This document shows, one piece after another, positions 36,563 through 44,969 of a DNA stretch of 60,165 bases; position 1 is the stretch's first letter, and the number at the start of each line of letters is the position of its first letter. Source of the DNA: Ignavibacteriales bacterium (lineage in GTDB: Bacteria; Bacteroidota; Ignavibacteria; UBA10030); NCBI GenBank assembly GCA_016194505.1, contig JACQBK010000051.1:1-60165 (forward strand), written 5' to 3'. Below the pieces are notes generated by a model. That model had not been told where the DNA came from and searched no databases. It saw nothing but the letters and a program-made list of their open reading frames with translations. Position numbers and translations under genes: made by a program.

Positions 36563-38557
36563 CTAACCCAGCGAAGAGATATATTCCCTAAAATGCGCCA
36601 GCTTTTCGTTCATTAAATTCATGAGTTCTTCGTATTCTATAGGCCGTTTGATGCACCCTTCGTTCGGTTTTAATTCCGATGAATTCAATTCCGTAATTTC
36701 ATCAATTTCACTAATGAGAATAAAGGGAACAAAGTTGAACTTCGAGTTTGCCCTAAGAACATGGAGAAACCGAACGCCGCTCAGGCCGCCTTCCGGAAAC
36801 TGCATATCACACAAAATAACGTTCGGGTTGATTTTTTCTATTTTCTCAAGAGCGTTTTCCGGCGTTGCGGCTGGAACAACGGCATACCCGGATGCCTTAA
36901 GCCTCGCGGAAATATCCTCTTTCGTGCCGATCGTTTTAGAGATTAAGAGGATCGTGCCTTTATACTGATCAGCGACAAGATCGAGCAAAAATTTGGATTC
37001 ATTTTCCAGATATTCGGTAACGCTCACCTGATACACCTTACGCAGCCACTCCAACGTTGAGGAGGAGTTCCTCAGCAGTTTACGCTTTGCAATGACTTCT
37101 TTAACGGCACGGCTGTACATATCCAGCTTTACTTCGCGAATAATGGATTGCTCCACTTCCGGAGGGATGGTAAGGGATATTGCAAGCTCGTGGAGCGACT
37201 CGGCGGCTTTTTCTACCGGCGAACCGTTCACCCACGCCGCTTCCAAGCTGGAACGAAGCTGTTGGACGGCTTTCTGAAGATTGTGCTTGGATATTTCTTC
37301 CCGTGCCCTTTTCTCCTGCTCGAGCGCCCTCGTCAGTTCTTCTATTTGAAGGCGCATCTCGTCTACGTTTTTGCGCTCTTCGGAGCTTTGTTCCGTCACC
37401 CCGCTGTGTGCAACAGGAAGCGTTGTTTCCTTTTTAGCCGCTTCCTGTGGAAGAGATGCTTGAGTTTGTTTTTGCGTGGCAACAGTTTGGGCTTCTAACC
37501 CTTTTCTTCGTTTTTCTTCAACGGCAATTTTCGCTTCTAATTCTTTTCGTCGTCGTTCTTCAGCAGCAGCGCGCCCTTCTATTTCCCGCATGCGTCGCTC
37601 TTCCTCGAGCCGCATCTCTTCATCACGCCGTCTGCGATCATCAGCGGCGATACGTTCTTCCAACTCTTTCCTGCGTCGTTCTTCTGTGGCGATGCGGACT
37701 TCCAGCTCTTTCCGCCGCTGTTCTTCCGCAAGGGCACGCGCTTCCAATTCTTTTCGTTGCCGCTCTTCCACCTCACGGGTTTCCGCATCTTTTCTCTTGC
37801 GTTCCTCGGTGGCAATGCGTTCTTCCAGCTCCTTGCGCTTTTGTTCCTCAGCGGCGATACGCAATTCCAGCTCACGGCGCAATCGTTCTTCCACGACGGC
37901 TCGCGCCTCCAAATCTCTCCTGCGCTGTTCTTCAATCATTCGTAATTCGGCTTCTTTGCGCCTCAATTCGCCTGCCGAAATCAGGTCGTCCAATTCTTTT
38001 CTTCTATGCTCTTCAGCATAGGTGCGCGCCAGCACCTCCTTCCGGATTTGCTCTTCGATGGTAAGCTTCGCAGTGGCAAACCGTTCGGCATCTCTTTTCT
38101 TCAACTCTTCCATTACTTGGAGCTCTAATTCTTTCTTTCGCTGTTCCTCATAGATATCAGGCACTTTTTTTGTCTCAAGTTGAGAGACCGGCACCTTCGG
38201 AGGCACGTTAGGAACAAACGGTTTCACTTCCGGCGCCGGAGTCGGGGGCGAAGGTGCTGCTTGTTTAAGCGGCTCTTTTACGACCGACGGTTGCGGCTTT
38301 GGGATTACGGGCGGCTTCGCCGCAGCCTCTTTCTTTCGTTGCTCCTCGAAGTATCCTATCCGATCCTGAAACGCATAAATGTACGGATTGGATGGGTCCA
38401 GTTTCTTTGCTTTCTCTAATTGCTTTCGCGCTAAATCGAACTGTGATTCTTTGAGTAACTTATCAGCCTCCAAAAGAAATTGTCTCGCGGCATCTTTATC
38501 CGTAGCTGAATTTGCGTTCTCTGCTTCTAGAGTCTTATTTGCGGGTTTGGCTTGCAA
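36563..38557 (-). CDS. TPR-like / proline-rich / long E-R-K coiled-coil protein with a C-terminal degenerate receiver domain
   Basis: The 664-aa product has an N-terminal TPR-like helix pair and a P-rich linker (aa ~80-125). About 220 aa of periodic EE(Q/R)RRKELE(A/E)RIA repeats follow. The C-terminal REC-like fold is (ILLISKT...VILCDMQFPEGG...PFILISE...IKRP), where the usual acidic DD pair is replaced by SK. Confidence 0.75.
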   Translation of the reverse strand: MQAKPANKTLEAENANSATDKDAARQFLLEADKLLKESQFDLARKQLEKAKKLDPSNPYIYAFQDRIGYFEEQRKKEAAAKPPVIPKPQPSVVKEPLKQAAPSPPTPAPEVKPFVPNVPPKVPVSQLETKKVPDIYEEQRKKELELQVMEELKKRDAERFATAKLTIEEQIRKEVLARTYAEEHRRKELDDLISAGELRRKEAELRMIEEQRRRDLEARAVVEERLRRELELRIAAEEQKRKELEERIATEERKRKDAETREVEERQRKELEARALAEEQRRKELEVRIATEERRRKELEERIAADDRRRRDEEMRLEEERRMREIEGRAAAEERRRKELEAKIAVEEKRRKGLEAQTVATQKQTQASLPQEAAKKETTLPVAHSGVTEQSSEERKNVDEMRLQIEELTRALEQEKRAREEISKHNLQKAVQQLRSSLEAAWVNGSPVEKAAESLHELAISLTIPPEVEQSIIREVKLDMYSRAVKEVIAKRKLLRNSSSTLEWLRKVYQVSVTEYLENESKFLLDLVADQYKGTILLISKTIGTKEDISARLKASGYAVVPAATPENALEKIEKINPNVILCDMQFPEGGLSGVRFLHVLRANSKFNFVPFILISEIDEITELNSSELKPNEGCIKRPIEYEELMNLMNEKLAHFREYISSLG
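37490..38152 (-). repeat. In-frame ~48-nt periodic repeat region encoding the E/R/K coiled coil
   Basis: The peptide shows about 13 tandem ~16-aa units, such as RRKELEERIATEE, RRKELEVRIATEE and RRKELEAKIAVEE. The DNA shows matching recurring strings (cttccagctc, gcgttcttc). Confidence 0.75.
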
Positions 38558-38967
38558 GGAATTCGAGATACTATGAAATTTGGATGTTAATTATGGTGAC
38601 GGAAGAATTCTTTCTGTTCGCACACAACAGTTGTAGAATTTCTGACCACTCACACATTTCGCCCCTTATTGTTACTCCCATCATACAAAGGTTCACAAAA
38701 ATTGTCTCAAAGAAAAATTATGAGAAACTACGGAAAACAACAGATTAAGCGGGAGGATAAGACTTTGGTGCAGGACAGCAAGCGTTTTATGATTGCAGTC
38801 ACTTACAACTCCAAAGCTGCCCCTCCATCCACTTGTTTTTTTGTATTTTCCTGCTGAATATTCGTCCATACCGATTATTCATTGTTGCCTTGTCCCCAAG
38901 TTTCATCTTCACCGATTGATTGTTGTGTGTCCCTTCCGTCAAAATGAACGGTTGCAATAAAAAAACT

Positions 38968-39540
38968 TCAATATGTTTTAAGCCTGCTGTATGTTACCGC
39001 TTGAAAATAACGGGGATCATCAGCAGGAACATTTTTTCTTACCAAGTACAGTGAATGACCGACATAAACGTCAATTCTTTTAAAATATGTTCTTGAGGTC
39101 GTTTTGATATCAAGATTCGTCCCCGTTACGTAATACACTTCGGCTGATACTTTAAAACCGGATATTGTTTTCGTATCGACCGTTCGTTGATAGCCGTTGT
39201 AATCATCCACATCAGTGTAATACATTTTGGATTTGAACGCGTTCGTGGATGACGAATCGGGCCAAGGAACGATGTTGCTCTTTTCGGTGCCATCAGGTCC
39301 CATGGTTGTTGAAAACGCTGATGTGCTTTGCGTTACTCCTGGTGTAGTGGTGGCATTCTCGTCAAATTTTTTGCTTGTTGCTTCCACTAAGAGATCTTGT
39401 GCAATGCCAACGGCAAGATCGTACGCTTCGGCTTCGTATCCCGATTGAGCGCTTTCCACAAGCATCCGATTTACATTGATCGCAGATGCGATAAGAAGCG
39501 CCAAGAACGCGGCAGTAATCATTGTCTGCCCCATGCTCAT
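38968..39540 (-). CDS. PilX/GspK-like minor pseudopilin-like protein
   Basis: The 190-aa product starts MSMGQTMITAAFLALLIASAI (a hydrophobic pilin-like N-terminal helix with at most a 4-aa leader ending in G). A PilX_N/GspK-like segment GYEAEAYDLAVGIAQ follows. An in-frame TAA three codons upstream excludes a longer leader. It is the last gene of the PilB/PilC operon. Confidence 0.45.
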   Translation of the reverse strand: MSMGQTMITAAFLALLIASAINVNRMLVESAQSGYEAEAYDLAVGIAQDLLVEATSKKFDENATTTPGVTQSTSAFSTTMGPDGTEKSNIVPWPDSSSTNAFKSKMYYTDVDDYNGYQRTVDTKTISGFKVSAEVYYVTGTNLDIKTTSRTYFKRIDVYVGHSLYLVRKNVPADDPRYFQAVTYSRLKTY

Positions 39541-39587
39541 GGTGCATTACCTTTTGTTCATGGAAAGAACGATATGCCCAGTGCCTA

Positions 39588-40391
39588 TCAGGGCTTTCGC
39601 GGATTTTGTGGAGCAACCACTTGTTGCTGCATGGTTTTCAGATTGCCGCTGAGCGTTTCTTGAAGCCGGGCGGCATAATTCGCATCAGTGAAATTTCCAT
39701 GAAGCACATTCGCCATGTTGAGCATGGATTTTACAGCCGACGAGATAACAGCGTACTCTTGCTTCATCTCCGCAAAGGCTTTTCCCAACCGTTGCTGACC
39801 TTCCGGCGTTACAAACGGTTTCAATTCCGTTTCATGTTCTTGAATATTCAGCGAGACCATTGAAAGCGAATTATTGACGATCTGGACGATGGAAGCAAGC
39901 GTGCTGTGGAATGTTTCAATGGCGATGAGGCTCTTTTCACGCTCACGCTCAATCATCTCGCGTCGTTCTTTTTCTTTTCTAAACAAATAGCGTTCGATGA
40001 CACCCGCAATAAGAACGGAGATATGGTCAATCTCGACATGCTCTTTCCGCACATAATCGTATGCGCCAAGTTTCATTGCCTCAACAGCAATACTTTCAGA
40101 CCCTGCCGACGTGAGCATAACGACGGGCGTATCAATTTTTTGTTCATGCATCCATTGCAGGACGTTCAATCCGGAGATGCCGCCCATTTTGTAATCGAGA
40201 ATTATGACGTCGTACCGGTGAAGTTGGAGCGCAGTCAGCGCCGCCTCGCCTGAATCACAGTCGTCAACCTTAAAATTCCCCGCCGAGGAAAGGACTTGTG
40301 TGATGGCCATGCGAAACGAATCGTCGTCATCAACAACAAGAATGAAGCGTTGGTCTTTATCCCAAGTAGATGCGTTCATAGCACTCTCCAA
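39588..40391 (-). CDS. Response regulator with a C-terminal helical domain of unknown function
   Basis: The 267-aa product has a canonical REC domain (ILVVDDDDS; IILDYKMGGISG; VVMLTSAGS; YVRK) followed by a ~130-aa helical region. It is a paralogue of the 52055..52738 protein. Confidence 0.85.
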   Translation of the reverse strand: MESAMNASTWDKDQRFILVVDDDDSFRMAITQVLSSAGNFKVDDCDSGEAALTALQLHRYDVIILDYKMGGISGLNVLQWMHEQKIDTPVVMLTSAGSESIAVEAMKLGAYDYVRKEHVEIDHISVLIAGVIERYLFRKEKERREMIEREREKSLIAIETFHSTLASIVQIVNNSLSMVSLNIQEHETELKPFVTPEGQQRLGKAFAEMKQEYAVISSAVKSMLNMANVLHGNFTDANYAARLQETLSGNLKTMQQQVVAPQNPRKP

Positions 40392-40415
40392 TCAAAATAT
40401 GAGCGTTTGTTATAA

Positions 40416-42218
40416 TTAATCGTCTTCAACGGTAACACTTGCGACCTCTTCAAGCGTTGTGATGCCGTTCTTCAGCAAATCAAGAGCGGACATGCGAAGT
40501 GTGTGCATGCCTTCCTTTGAGGCTTGTTCTCTCAATACTTCTTCGTCTATTGATTCTCCAGCTTTCAGCACCAATTGCCGAATTGCCTTCGTAAAATAGA
40601 GCGCTTCGTGAATTGCCCTGCGCCCCTTGTACCCTTTCAGGCAGTTAGAGCAGCCGACAGCCCGATAGATTTTGTGTTTCGCAATTTCTTCTTCTTTCAT
40701 GCCAAGCTTCAACAGTGCTTCTCTATCTGGGTCCTCCACCACCGCTTTGCAGCGGTCGCAAAGCTTACGCATGAGCCGTTGCGAAAGCACAATGTTAATG
40801 CTATAGGCAAGCAAAAATGGCTCCACGCCCATTTTATATAAGCGGGCAATAGCACTGACAGCGTCGTTGGTGTGGAGCGTTGCCAGTGTCAAGTGGCCCG
40901 TATTGGCTAATTTGACGGCGATTTCCGCAGTTTGCCGGTCACGAATCTCACCCACCATAACGATATCAGGGTCATGGCGAAGAATAGCCCTCAGCGCACC
41001 CTCAAAATCCAGTTTCGGATTAAGCTTTACTTGCCGCGCACCCTCGATAAAATACTCTACCGGGTCTTCGACCGTAATCACATTGAGGGACGGATCCATA
41101 ACCGTCCGTAATGCCGAAAAGAGCGTTGTGCTTTTGCCGCTTCCCGTAGGACCCGTAACAATGATCATACCATACGGTTTTGTGATCGCCTTGCGAAAAA
41201 CATTTTCCGAAAACCGGTCGAAACCCATATCCTCTAATCGCGTGCTGAAGAGGGGTTCTTGCAGAACGCGAATAACAATGGATTCGTACTTACTCTTAAG
41301 CTCTTTGCCGATTGTTGGGATAATCGAGACGCGAAAGCGGACGGTTTTTTTATCAATATTGAACTGCGCAAACCCATCCTGCGCCATGTTGCGCTCGAAG
41401 CGATCCAAATTCATGGCGCGGTCTTTCACAACTGCCGCAACTGCTTCGGCGCGGGTTTCCATGTTCGTATACCACAGGGTTAATTTTCCATCAATGCGGA
41501 AATGGAACTCTGTCTTTCTCTCACCTCGCGGAACAACGTGAATATCGCTTGCGCCCATCCGCACAGCATCTATAAAGACACTTTCGACAAGGCTGACCAA
41601 TCCACTACGGTTGATTTCCTCTTCAAGAACCTGCTCATACATATCAGCATCTTCTTCAGGAATATCCTCTGCCATGCCTTCGCGCGCTTCTGATTCAAGG
41701 CTCGCATATCCTGACCTGCTGATATTCACGCGTTGCCAAAGTTCCTGCCATTGTGCAAGGCGGACATAACATATCTCGAACTTTTGGAACGAGAACGAGC
41801 GACCGATGATATAGACTTCCCGCTTTGTCGGGTCGGGAGTTATCACCAACAATCTGCCGGGGCGTTCGAGGTCTTCAGCGTATGGAAGAACGCGGTTGTC
41901 CATCGCCAGAGTTTTTACGTTGGCGGGAAGATTATTCATCTCTCGCCGAATGAACGCCAAGTTTTCGTCGTCCATGGATTCCGGAGAAATTTCAAGCTTC
42001 CGGAAGGCGTAGTAATTGGCAATCTCTCCGTACACCTTATCATGGTCAACATGGAAATCTTCCACCAGCACCTGCGGCAAGCGGCGGCGCTTATCGTGGC
42101 CTTCCTGACTTAACTTATCCAGCGCTCTGAGAAGTTGTTCGGCAGAAATGATCTCTTTCTCGACGAGGAGATCGCCCAAGTCTTTTTTGATGCCGCGTAT
42201 GTTTGCAATTTCAGCCAT
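40416..42218 (-). CDS. Type II/IV secretion-system ATPase (GspE/PilB family extension ATPase)
   Basis: The 600-aa product has an N-terminal T2SSE_N-like domain (LGDLLVEKEIISAEQLLRAL) and Walker A GPTGSGKSTT. It has Asp/His boxes and Walker B (DPDIVMVGEIRD). The tetracysteine zinc motif is CDRCK...CSNCLKGYKGR. Confidence 0.9.
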   Translation of the reverse strand: MAEIANIRGIKKDLGDLLVEKEIISAEQLLRALDKLSQEGHDKRRRLPQVLVEDFHVDHDKVYGEIANYYAFRKLEISPESMDDENLAFIRREMNNLPANVKTLAMDNRVLPYAEDLERPGRLLVITPDPTKREVYIIGRSFSFQKFEICYVRLAQWQELWQRVNISRSGYASLESEAREGMAEDIPEEDADMYEQVLEEEINRSGLVSLVESVFIDAVRMGASDIHVVPRGERKTEFHFRIDGKLTLWYTNMETRAEAVAAVVKDRAMNLDRFERNMAQDGFAQFNIDKKTVRFRVSIIPTIGKELKSKYESIVIRVLQEPLFSTRLEDMGFDRFSENVFRKAITKPYGMIIVTGPTGSGKSTTLFSALRTVMDPSLNVITVEDPVEYFIEGARQVKLNPKLDFEGALRAILRHDPDIVMVGEIRDRQTAEIAVKLANTGHLTLATLHTNDAVSAIARLYKMGVEPFLLAYSINIVLSQRLMRKLCDRCKAVVEDPDREALLKLGMKEEEIAKHKIYRAVGCSNCLKGYKGRRAIHEALYFTKAIRQLVLKAGESIDEEVLREQASKEGMHTLRMSALDLLKNGITTLEEVASVTVEDD

Positions 42219-43613
42219 TTAGTCCTTATTCAACCAGATAATAGAATCCGGCTCCGCTTGGATCTGTTTGTCGCGCTTGGGCTCGATTTTAATAGTCGCC
42301 GTTTCGGAAGAAAGCAACGTGAGGAACACCATCGAACCCATGATAATCATCGAAACACCAACTTCGATAACGTTCACGAGATTTTTCATCGCGTACTTAT
42401 TTTCCATCTCATAGAATTCCGCTAACTGGATTGACGTTACTTTGACGCTGCCTGTTTCTGCCGCTGTGCGAAAACGGGAAATGACCACATCGGGAAAGAA
42501 CGTTGTCATTTCCATGGCTTTGGCAAACTCGGTGCCGTATTTGAGCATGGTAGGAATGGCAATATTCTTGATTTGCTTTTCGAGGTAGTGGTTACGGCTC
42601 GATTCGGCTGCGTGCTGGATGGCGTCAATATTTTCGCCGGAGGTGTACATAATGCCAAGGACACGGCAGAACATCTCTGTGCTCGTGTTTTTTAAAATCC
42701 GACCGATATACGGAACACGTATGATAAAGCGGTCAAACATCATCCGTCCATTCGTAGTCATCAAATAGCCGTAGAAGGCCCCCATCATCATACCGATACC
42801 GATGGTAATAGCAAGGAGGTTGTCCTTAATGAGCTGACTGATTTCCAGTGTGGTTTTTGTCAACGGGGGAATATCACTCGCCATCGGACCTAACAACTCA
42901 ACCATCCTAGGCAATAAATATAAGACATAAAACGCCAAAGCGCCAATTAATGCGAGGGAGGTTACCGCAGGCAAAATCATTGAGCTAATTAAACCTTTTT
43001 TAAAGTCGGCTTGGCGCTCGACAAATCTGGCAACGCTTTCAAAAATGGACTTCATATCTCCACTTTTGGATGCGATACCCAGCATTAAGGCTGTATCATA
43101 GCCAAACACCTTGCTTTGGCGCAAAAAAGCCTCGCGCGAATCCACGCCGTCTTTTAAGTCTTTGATGATAGCTTTGAGCGCGCCTTTCAGGTATTTATCC
43201 CGCGCATTTCCCATCATGATATGGAGAATATCGTTGTACGGAAGTTTTTGCTCAAGGAGCTTTGCGCTGGTGCCGATAAAGGCAACAATCTCATCGCTTG
43301 ATGCGGAGAATTGAACATCGTAAAATCGCCGCACACTGCGAACTTCGAATCCGAGTTTTTTGAGAGCGGAAGTGACTTCTTCACGCGAATACGCGCTTTG
43401 CACGCCATCAATAACGCTTTGACCTCTGCTGACGCGGTAACTGTAGCTCTTTTTTCGCTTCACCGATTGGATCGTCCATCCGTTAGTTTTCGCAAGAGCA
43501 TTCGCCCGCTCACGCGCCGCAAAGATGGATGTCGCGGTGATGAAACGCTGTAACGGACGACCGGCTTGGTCGGTGCCTTGTATTCGATATTCAGAGGCTT
43601 TTGGTTGGGGCAT
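42219..43613 (-). CDS. GspF/PilC-family inner-membrane platform protein
   Basis: It has two T2SSF-like repeats, each ending in TM helices, and N-terminal PilC-like cytoplasmic repeats (YRIQGTDQAGRPL...). The stop codon abuts the ATPase start (42219/42218). I place the start at the internal ATG (MPQPKAS...); the ORF track extends to 43652. Confidence 0.8.
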   Translation of the reverse strand: MPQPKASEYRIQGTDQAGRPLQRFITATSIFAARERANALAKTNGWTIQSVKRKKSYSYRVSRGQSVIDGVQSAYSREEVTSALKKLGFEVRSVRRFYDVQFSASSDEIVAFIGTSAKLLEQKLPYNDILHIMMGNARDKYLKGALKAIIKDLKDGVDSREAFLRQSKVFGYDTALMLGIASKSGDMKSIFESVARFVERQADFKKGLISSMILPAVTSLALIGALAFYVLYLLPRMVELLGPMASDIPPLTKTTLEISQLIKDNLLAITIGIGMMMGAFYGYLMTTNGRMMFDRFIIRVPYIGRILKNTSTEMFCRVLGIMYTSGENIDAIQHAAESSRNHYLEKQIKNIAIPTMLKYGTEFAKAMEMTTFFPDVVISRFRTAAETGSVKVTSIQLAEFYEMENKYAMKNLVNVIEVGVSMIIMGSMVFLTLLSSETATIKIEPKRDKQIQAEPDSIIWLNKD

Positions 43614-43769
43614 ACACTGTACAGTACAATAAAAAAATACAAAAAGCAGCACAGAAATTACCTCTGCTGCATTTGAATTATTATCCGTTATCTCCGGTAG
43701 TTCCTAAAGCGCTAAACCAAAGTCTTTACATAAGATAGCTGAACATTAATGAAGTGCGTACATGCTACT

Positions 43770-43991
43770 TCATTGCACCGCATTAGCGGGAACAGTGCGG
43801 TACGTTGCCCCACAGTGATGGCAATACTTTCCCTGCGGGTGAAGGATCGATTTGCCGCATTGGTGGCAGGATTCGATCAATTTGGTGCCGCAGAGAATGC
43901 AAAAAAATTGCTCTTCTGCAACGTGTGAAAAATTTCCGCATTTTGGACAAAGGCGATAGCGATTGTTATTGTTTTCTGAGACGTTTGTCAT
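43770..43991 (-). CDS. Double zinc-ribbon protein (paralogue 1)
   Basis: The 73-aa product has eight Cys in four CxxC pairs: CPKC...CILC...CHQC...CHHC. It shares the pattern YR-x-C-x-x-C-x-N-x-S...EEQ-x-FC-I-x-CGT-x-L-x-E-x-C-x-QC-x-K-x-I-x-H...C-x-x-CGA-x-Y with the 44185..44514 protein. Confidence 0.65.
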   Translation of the reverse strand: MTNVSENNNNRYRLCPKCGNFSHVAEEQFFCILCGTKLIESCHQCGKSILHPQGKYCHHCGATYRTVPANAVQ

Positions 43992-44184
43992 ACCGGCTCC
44001 GTGTGCGCTCGCTTATAGATGTTTCTTCTGACCAACATTGAGTAGAGTGGAACTTTCTATTATTCCTTTCTTCAGCCGCAGGCACAGTGGCGCCGCACAA
44101 TTTATCGTTGACGGCTTCATAGTGTTCACCGAGCGTATGAAGACAGGGAAACAATAGTGATGTATGTGAAGGGATAAAAAAACA

Positions 44185-44514
44185 TTACGGTCTACGGCGT
44201 GTAAGAAAGTCATTAGTAGGAAATTTCACCTCTAAGCGACGCGTTTGTTCCTTAGCCCAGCTTTCTACGCCAATGGCACCGCTCTTTCGCACCCCTTCTC
44301 CCTCGCTAAGCCTATGAACATCATCATATCGAGCGCCACAGTTATAACAGAACCTGCCGTTAGAATGAATTATAGGTTTTGAACATTGGGGACATTCCTC
44401 TGCAAGCCTTGTCCCGCACCAGATGCAAAAACGCTGTTCTTCCTTTGCAAGGGAGACATTATTGCAATTCGAACAAATTCTGTAGCTATGTGTCACTCGC
44501 GAATGTGAGATCAT
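44185..44514 (-). CDS. Double zinc-ribbon protein (paralogue 2) with a basic C-terminal tail
   Basis: The 109-aa product has CSNC...CIWC...CPQC...CYNC and is colinear with the 73-aa paralogue. A ~45-aa charged extension follows. Confidence 0.65.
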   Translation of the reverse strand: MISHSRVTHSYRICSNCNNVSLAKEEQRFCIWCGTRLAEECPQCSKPIIHSNGRFCYNCGARYDDVHRLSEGEGVRKSGAIGVESWAKEQTRRLEVKFPTNDFLTRRRP

Positions 44515-44526
44515 GACCTCAATTTC

Positions 44527-44955
44527 TTAGCTGGGATAGACATAGATTCTATCAATGCCCCATCTGCCACGGTTAAGACCATTCGAAGGGTTCGGATTTG
44601 CCTTGATTGAAACTTTAGCCTTCATTTTTGTTGTAACACCGTTGTACTTTGCCACTACAGTAACGGTTGCCTTATCAACGTCGCTATTGGGATCAATATT
44701 GTAAGTCACTGTATCGCCAAGAACAACTTTCGTATAGATATAGGTTTTCGATTGAAGTGTTCTGATATACGGATTGCATGCAAGCTCATCCAGCGCTATC
44801 TGCACACCCGTTTTGGCAATTTCTTCCGCTTGAATTTGATTCGCGCGGTCAACCGACGCCTGAAAGCTCGTATTTTCGGCGCTCTTAATCCCCAACGTAT
44901 ATGTCCCGATGATGATGGACAACAGACAAAACAGAATAACCTTAATGCTTCCCAT
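44527..44955 (-). CDS. PilX-like minor pilin-like protein
   Basis: The 142-aa product has a hydrophobic N-terminus (MGSIKVILFCLLSIIIGTYTL) followed by a PilX_N-like helix (ANQIQAEEIAKTGVQIALDE). An AAGGGGA Shine-Dalgarno-like sequence lies upstream. It is 14 nt from the preceding gene. Confidence 0.45.
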   Translation of the reverse strand: MGSIKVILFCLLSIIIGTYTLGIKSAENTSFQASVDRANQIQAEEIAKTGVQIALDELACNPYIRTLQSKTYIYTKVVLGDTVTYNIDPNSDVDKATVTVVAKYNGVTTKMKAKVSIKANPNPSNGLNRGRWGIDRIYVYPS

Positions 44956-44969
44956 GTGATTTCCCCTTA

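Noticed and set aside
37447-38064. Long plus-strand ORFs (205 aa and 181 aa) antisense to the coiled-coil gene
   Set aside because: They arise because the reverse complement of the periodic GAA/CGN/AAG/CTC codons is stop-free. Their translations are low-complexity S/F/L/R strings. The minus-strand frame has a coherent domain architecture.
40867-41541. A 224-aa plus-strand ORF inside the PilB/GspE ATPase gene, with similar shadow ORFs at 10957..11550, 53770..54441, 54689..55411 and 32073..32705
   Set aside because: All lie fully within strongly supported minus-strand genes carrying clear catalytic motifs. Their own translations have no recognisable motifs and a skewed Ser/Arg/Pro composition typical of antisense frames.
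43614-43652. A 13-aa N-terminal extension of the PilC-like ORF (MLLFVFFYCTVQC)
   Set aside because: PilC/GspF proteins start with a soluble cytoplasmic domain. The internal ATG (MPQPKASEYRIQG...) matches the usual N-terminal repeat, and the extension looks like read-through of upstream non-coding sequence.
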